Below are positions 4,414 through 5,525 of a DNA stretch of 5,525 nt, in pieces (position 1 is the first letter of the stretch; the number at the start of each line of letters is the position of its first letter). The DNA comes from a virus, in the IMG/VR virus record IMGVR_UViG_3300003155_000002, positions 1-5,525 of that record; one strand, given 5' to 3'. The notes below the pieces were generated by a model. It worked only from the letters and a program-made list of their open reading frames with translations. It was not told the origin of the DNA and searched no databases. The translations under genes were made by a program, and so were the position numbers.

Positions 4414-5379
4414 TTAATAACCTCTGTCATAAGTCTTAGTCCCACTCTTGGAAGTGCGAGATCCTCCGATACTGACCTCTCCTCCTGCATTCCAGCCGCT
4501 GCCCTTGCTGCCGCCGAAGCTGCTCTGGCCGTGTACACTGTCCGCAATCTGGCTCGTCTTGGCTACCTGCTTGCTCGTAGAGTCAGTAATCTGGCTCATT
4601 TGCTGCGAAAGCTGACTTGCCGTGTATTCCTGCCCGAGCTGTTTTGCTGTCATGATTGCCTGTCCGTAGTTCTGTACGACCTGTGCATTGTTGTTGCCGT
4701 AGTCGTACATCGCCGACATTGCTGCAGTCTTTGCAGACGGAATAGCCGCCGCCTGTGCGTGTGCGTAAGTTGTTCCTCCGATGGAAGCACCCGAGGAACT
4801 AGGCGTACTGGTTGCCCCGTTCTGTGCTGCAAGGATAGGATTGAGGCCCGCCTTCTTCATGTCCTTCACAGTGTCCTGATAGGCTGTCTGCCGCATGGCC
4901 CGCTGCCATTGTCTCGCAAGCTCTGCCTGCTTTGCGTTGTATGCCTTGGCGCTGGTCTGCGAAAGCATATTCATCAGGTTGGCCTGCCCTGTGCTGAGCA
5001 GGTTCAGGATATTTGCGTTGTTCCACTGGTTCGCCATCAGGTTGTTTGCCGTGGTCGCGCTCCCCTGGCTTGCATTGAAAGCTGCCTGTGCATTGTTGCC
5101 GGTCGGTGTCCCAAGTGCAGTTGAGAGGAAGTTCGCAAGGCCCGAAACACTGCCCTGCTGTACTGTGCTTGTGGAAGTTTGCCCGGACTGGCTCATTGCG
5201 GAGCTGCTGCTGCCGCTCTGCATGATGCTGCCAAGCTGGTTTCCGCTGCCGGTCTGATGGCTGCCGCCTCCGCCGGACGCCCATTCATTGACTTTGTTGC
5301 TTATGTACTGGCCCCCGGCCTGAATGCCGAGGTTAAGAACCGTTCCAAGGAGCTGTGTTGCCCATACCGGTAAAGGCAT
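4414..5379 (-). CDS. VP2: Minor capsid / DNA pilot protein VP2 (functional analogue of phiX174 H), 321 aa
   Basis: The protein has a hydrophobic N-terminus (MPLPVWATQLLGTVLNLGIQAGG) and long Gly/Ser/Gln/Asn/Ala low-complexity regions. Its central conserved block, ARQWQRAMRQTAYQDTVKDMKKAGLNPILA, matches the ...TAYQR.V.DMK.AGLNP.LA motif I associate with gokushovirus VP2. AGGAGGT lies 7 nt upstream, and the position directly after VP1 is canonical. Confidence 0.9.
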   Translation of the reverse strand: MPLPVWATQLLGTVLNLGIQAGGQYISNKVNEWASGGGGSHQTGSGNQLGSIMQSGSSSSAMSQSGQTSTSTVQQGSVSGLANFLSTALGTPTGNNAQAAFNASQGSATTANNLMANQWNNANILNLLSTGQANLMNMLSQTSAKAYNAKQAELARQWQRAMRQTAYQDTVKDMKKAGLNPILAAQNGATSTPSSSGASIGGTTYAHAQAAAIPSAKTAAMSAMYDYGNNNAQVVQNYGQAIMTAKQLGQEYTASQLSQQMSQITDSTSKQVAKTSQIADSVHGQSSFGGSKGSGWNAGGEVSIGGSRTSKSGTKTYDRGY

Positions 5380-5407
5380 TCTGTTTACCTCCTGTTGTAA
5401 TAAGATA

Positions 5408-5431
5408 GGCCCGGCCCGTCAAGGCCGAGCC
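5408..5431. repeat. GC-rich hairpin between the VP1 stop and the VP2 SD; possible leaky terminator or RNA/ssDNA structure
   Basis: ggcccggcc (5408-5416), cgtcaa loop, ggccgagcc (5423-5431): 8 of 9 positions pair, with one C/A mismatch. On the coding strand it is followed by a T-rich but interrupted tract (TATCTTATT). Confidence 0.65.
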
Positions 5432-5438
5432 GAAAATT

Positions 5439-5525
5439 TTAGATGCTGTTGATGCCGGGTACGCTATAGATAGGCATAGGCCGTGTCCAGGTCTGGTCAA
5501 AGAAGAAGTCACAGATAAACTGGTG
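5439..5525 (-). CDS. VP1: Major capsid protein VP1, C-terminal end (5503-5525 duplicates 1-23); stop TAA at 5441-5439
   Basis: Reverse-complement reading from 5525 gives HQFICDFFFDQTWTRPMPIYSVPGINSI*, in frame with the segment 1-1589 once the 23-nt redundancy is collapsed. Confidence 0.9.
   Translation of the reverse strand, partial: HQFICDFFFDQTWTRPMPIYSVPGINSI
5503..5525. repeat. Terminal direct repeat, right copy (duplicate of 1-23)
   Basis: Exact 23/23 match to the window start. The unique genome length is therefore 5502 nt. Confidence 0.95.

Noticed and set aside
4531-5373. Multiple extra ORFs over VP2: + strand 4531-5124, 4895-5257, 5179-5373; same-strand alternative frames 4799-5284 (161 aa) and 4650-4832
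   Set aside because: Five of the six frames carry a 60+ aa ORF over the same low-complexity, GCN/CAG/AGC-rich stretch. That points to composition rather than coding. The 161-aa ORF has no SD (upstream sequence AAAGTCAATGA) and an Arg/Gln/Glu-rich frameshift-like product. An overprinted gene cannot be strictly excluded without comparative data.
5380-5438. Possible promoter TTGACG-N17-TACAAC upstream of VP2
   Set aside because: The -10 is poor (3/6), and the -35 lies inside the hairpin loop/stem. VP2 is more simply expressed by read-through from VP1.

Overview
The window holds one complete, circularly permuted genome of a small ssDNA phage of the family Microviridae, with Gokushovirinae-like organisation. 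Bases 1-23 are repeated exactly at 5503-5525, so the unique circle is 5502 nt. Every credible gene lies on the - strand, meaning the given sequence is the complement of the coding/virion strand. Order on the coding strand: (1) major capsid VP1, 1589->1, continuing across the junction to its stop at 5439; it is missing from the supplied ORF track because it runs off the window edge. (2) A GC hairpin. (3) Pilot/minor capsid protein VP2, 5379-4414. (4) A perfect 15-bp hairpin. (5) HUH replication initiator VP4, 4322-3156. (6) A 236-nt non-coding control region with a terminator-like hairpin, a GC-rich hairpin cluster and an extended -10 promoter. (7) An unlisted 36-aa acidic ORF, 2919-2809. (8) A peptidase M15-family cell-wall hydrolase, 2828 (or 2855)-2424. 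(9) An unlisted 39-aa lysine-rich J/VP8-like ORF, 2424-2305. (10) VP5, 2290-2039. (11) Internal scaffold VP3, 2049-1576, leading back into VP1. Neighbouring cistrons overlap by 1-20 nt, and almost all carry an AGGAGG-type Shine-Dalgarno sequence. Points worth a second look: a translationally coupled accessory cassette (tiny acidic ORF + M15 muramoyl-peptidase + J-like ORF) inserted between VP4 and VP5, with no visible holin or signal peptide; a rep gene about 20 G+C points below the rest of the genome and bounded by hairpins; and related GGCC-based hairpins in all three intergenic gaps. All + strand ORFs in the track look like antisense artefacts. No tRNA, rRNA, CRISPR array, integrase or transposase was seen.
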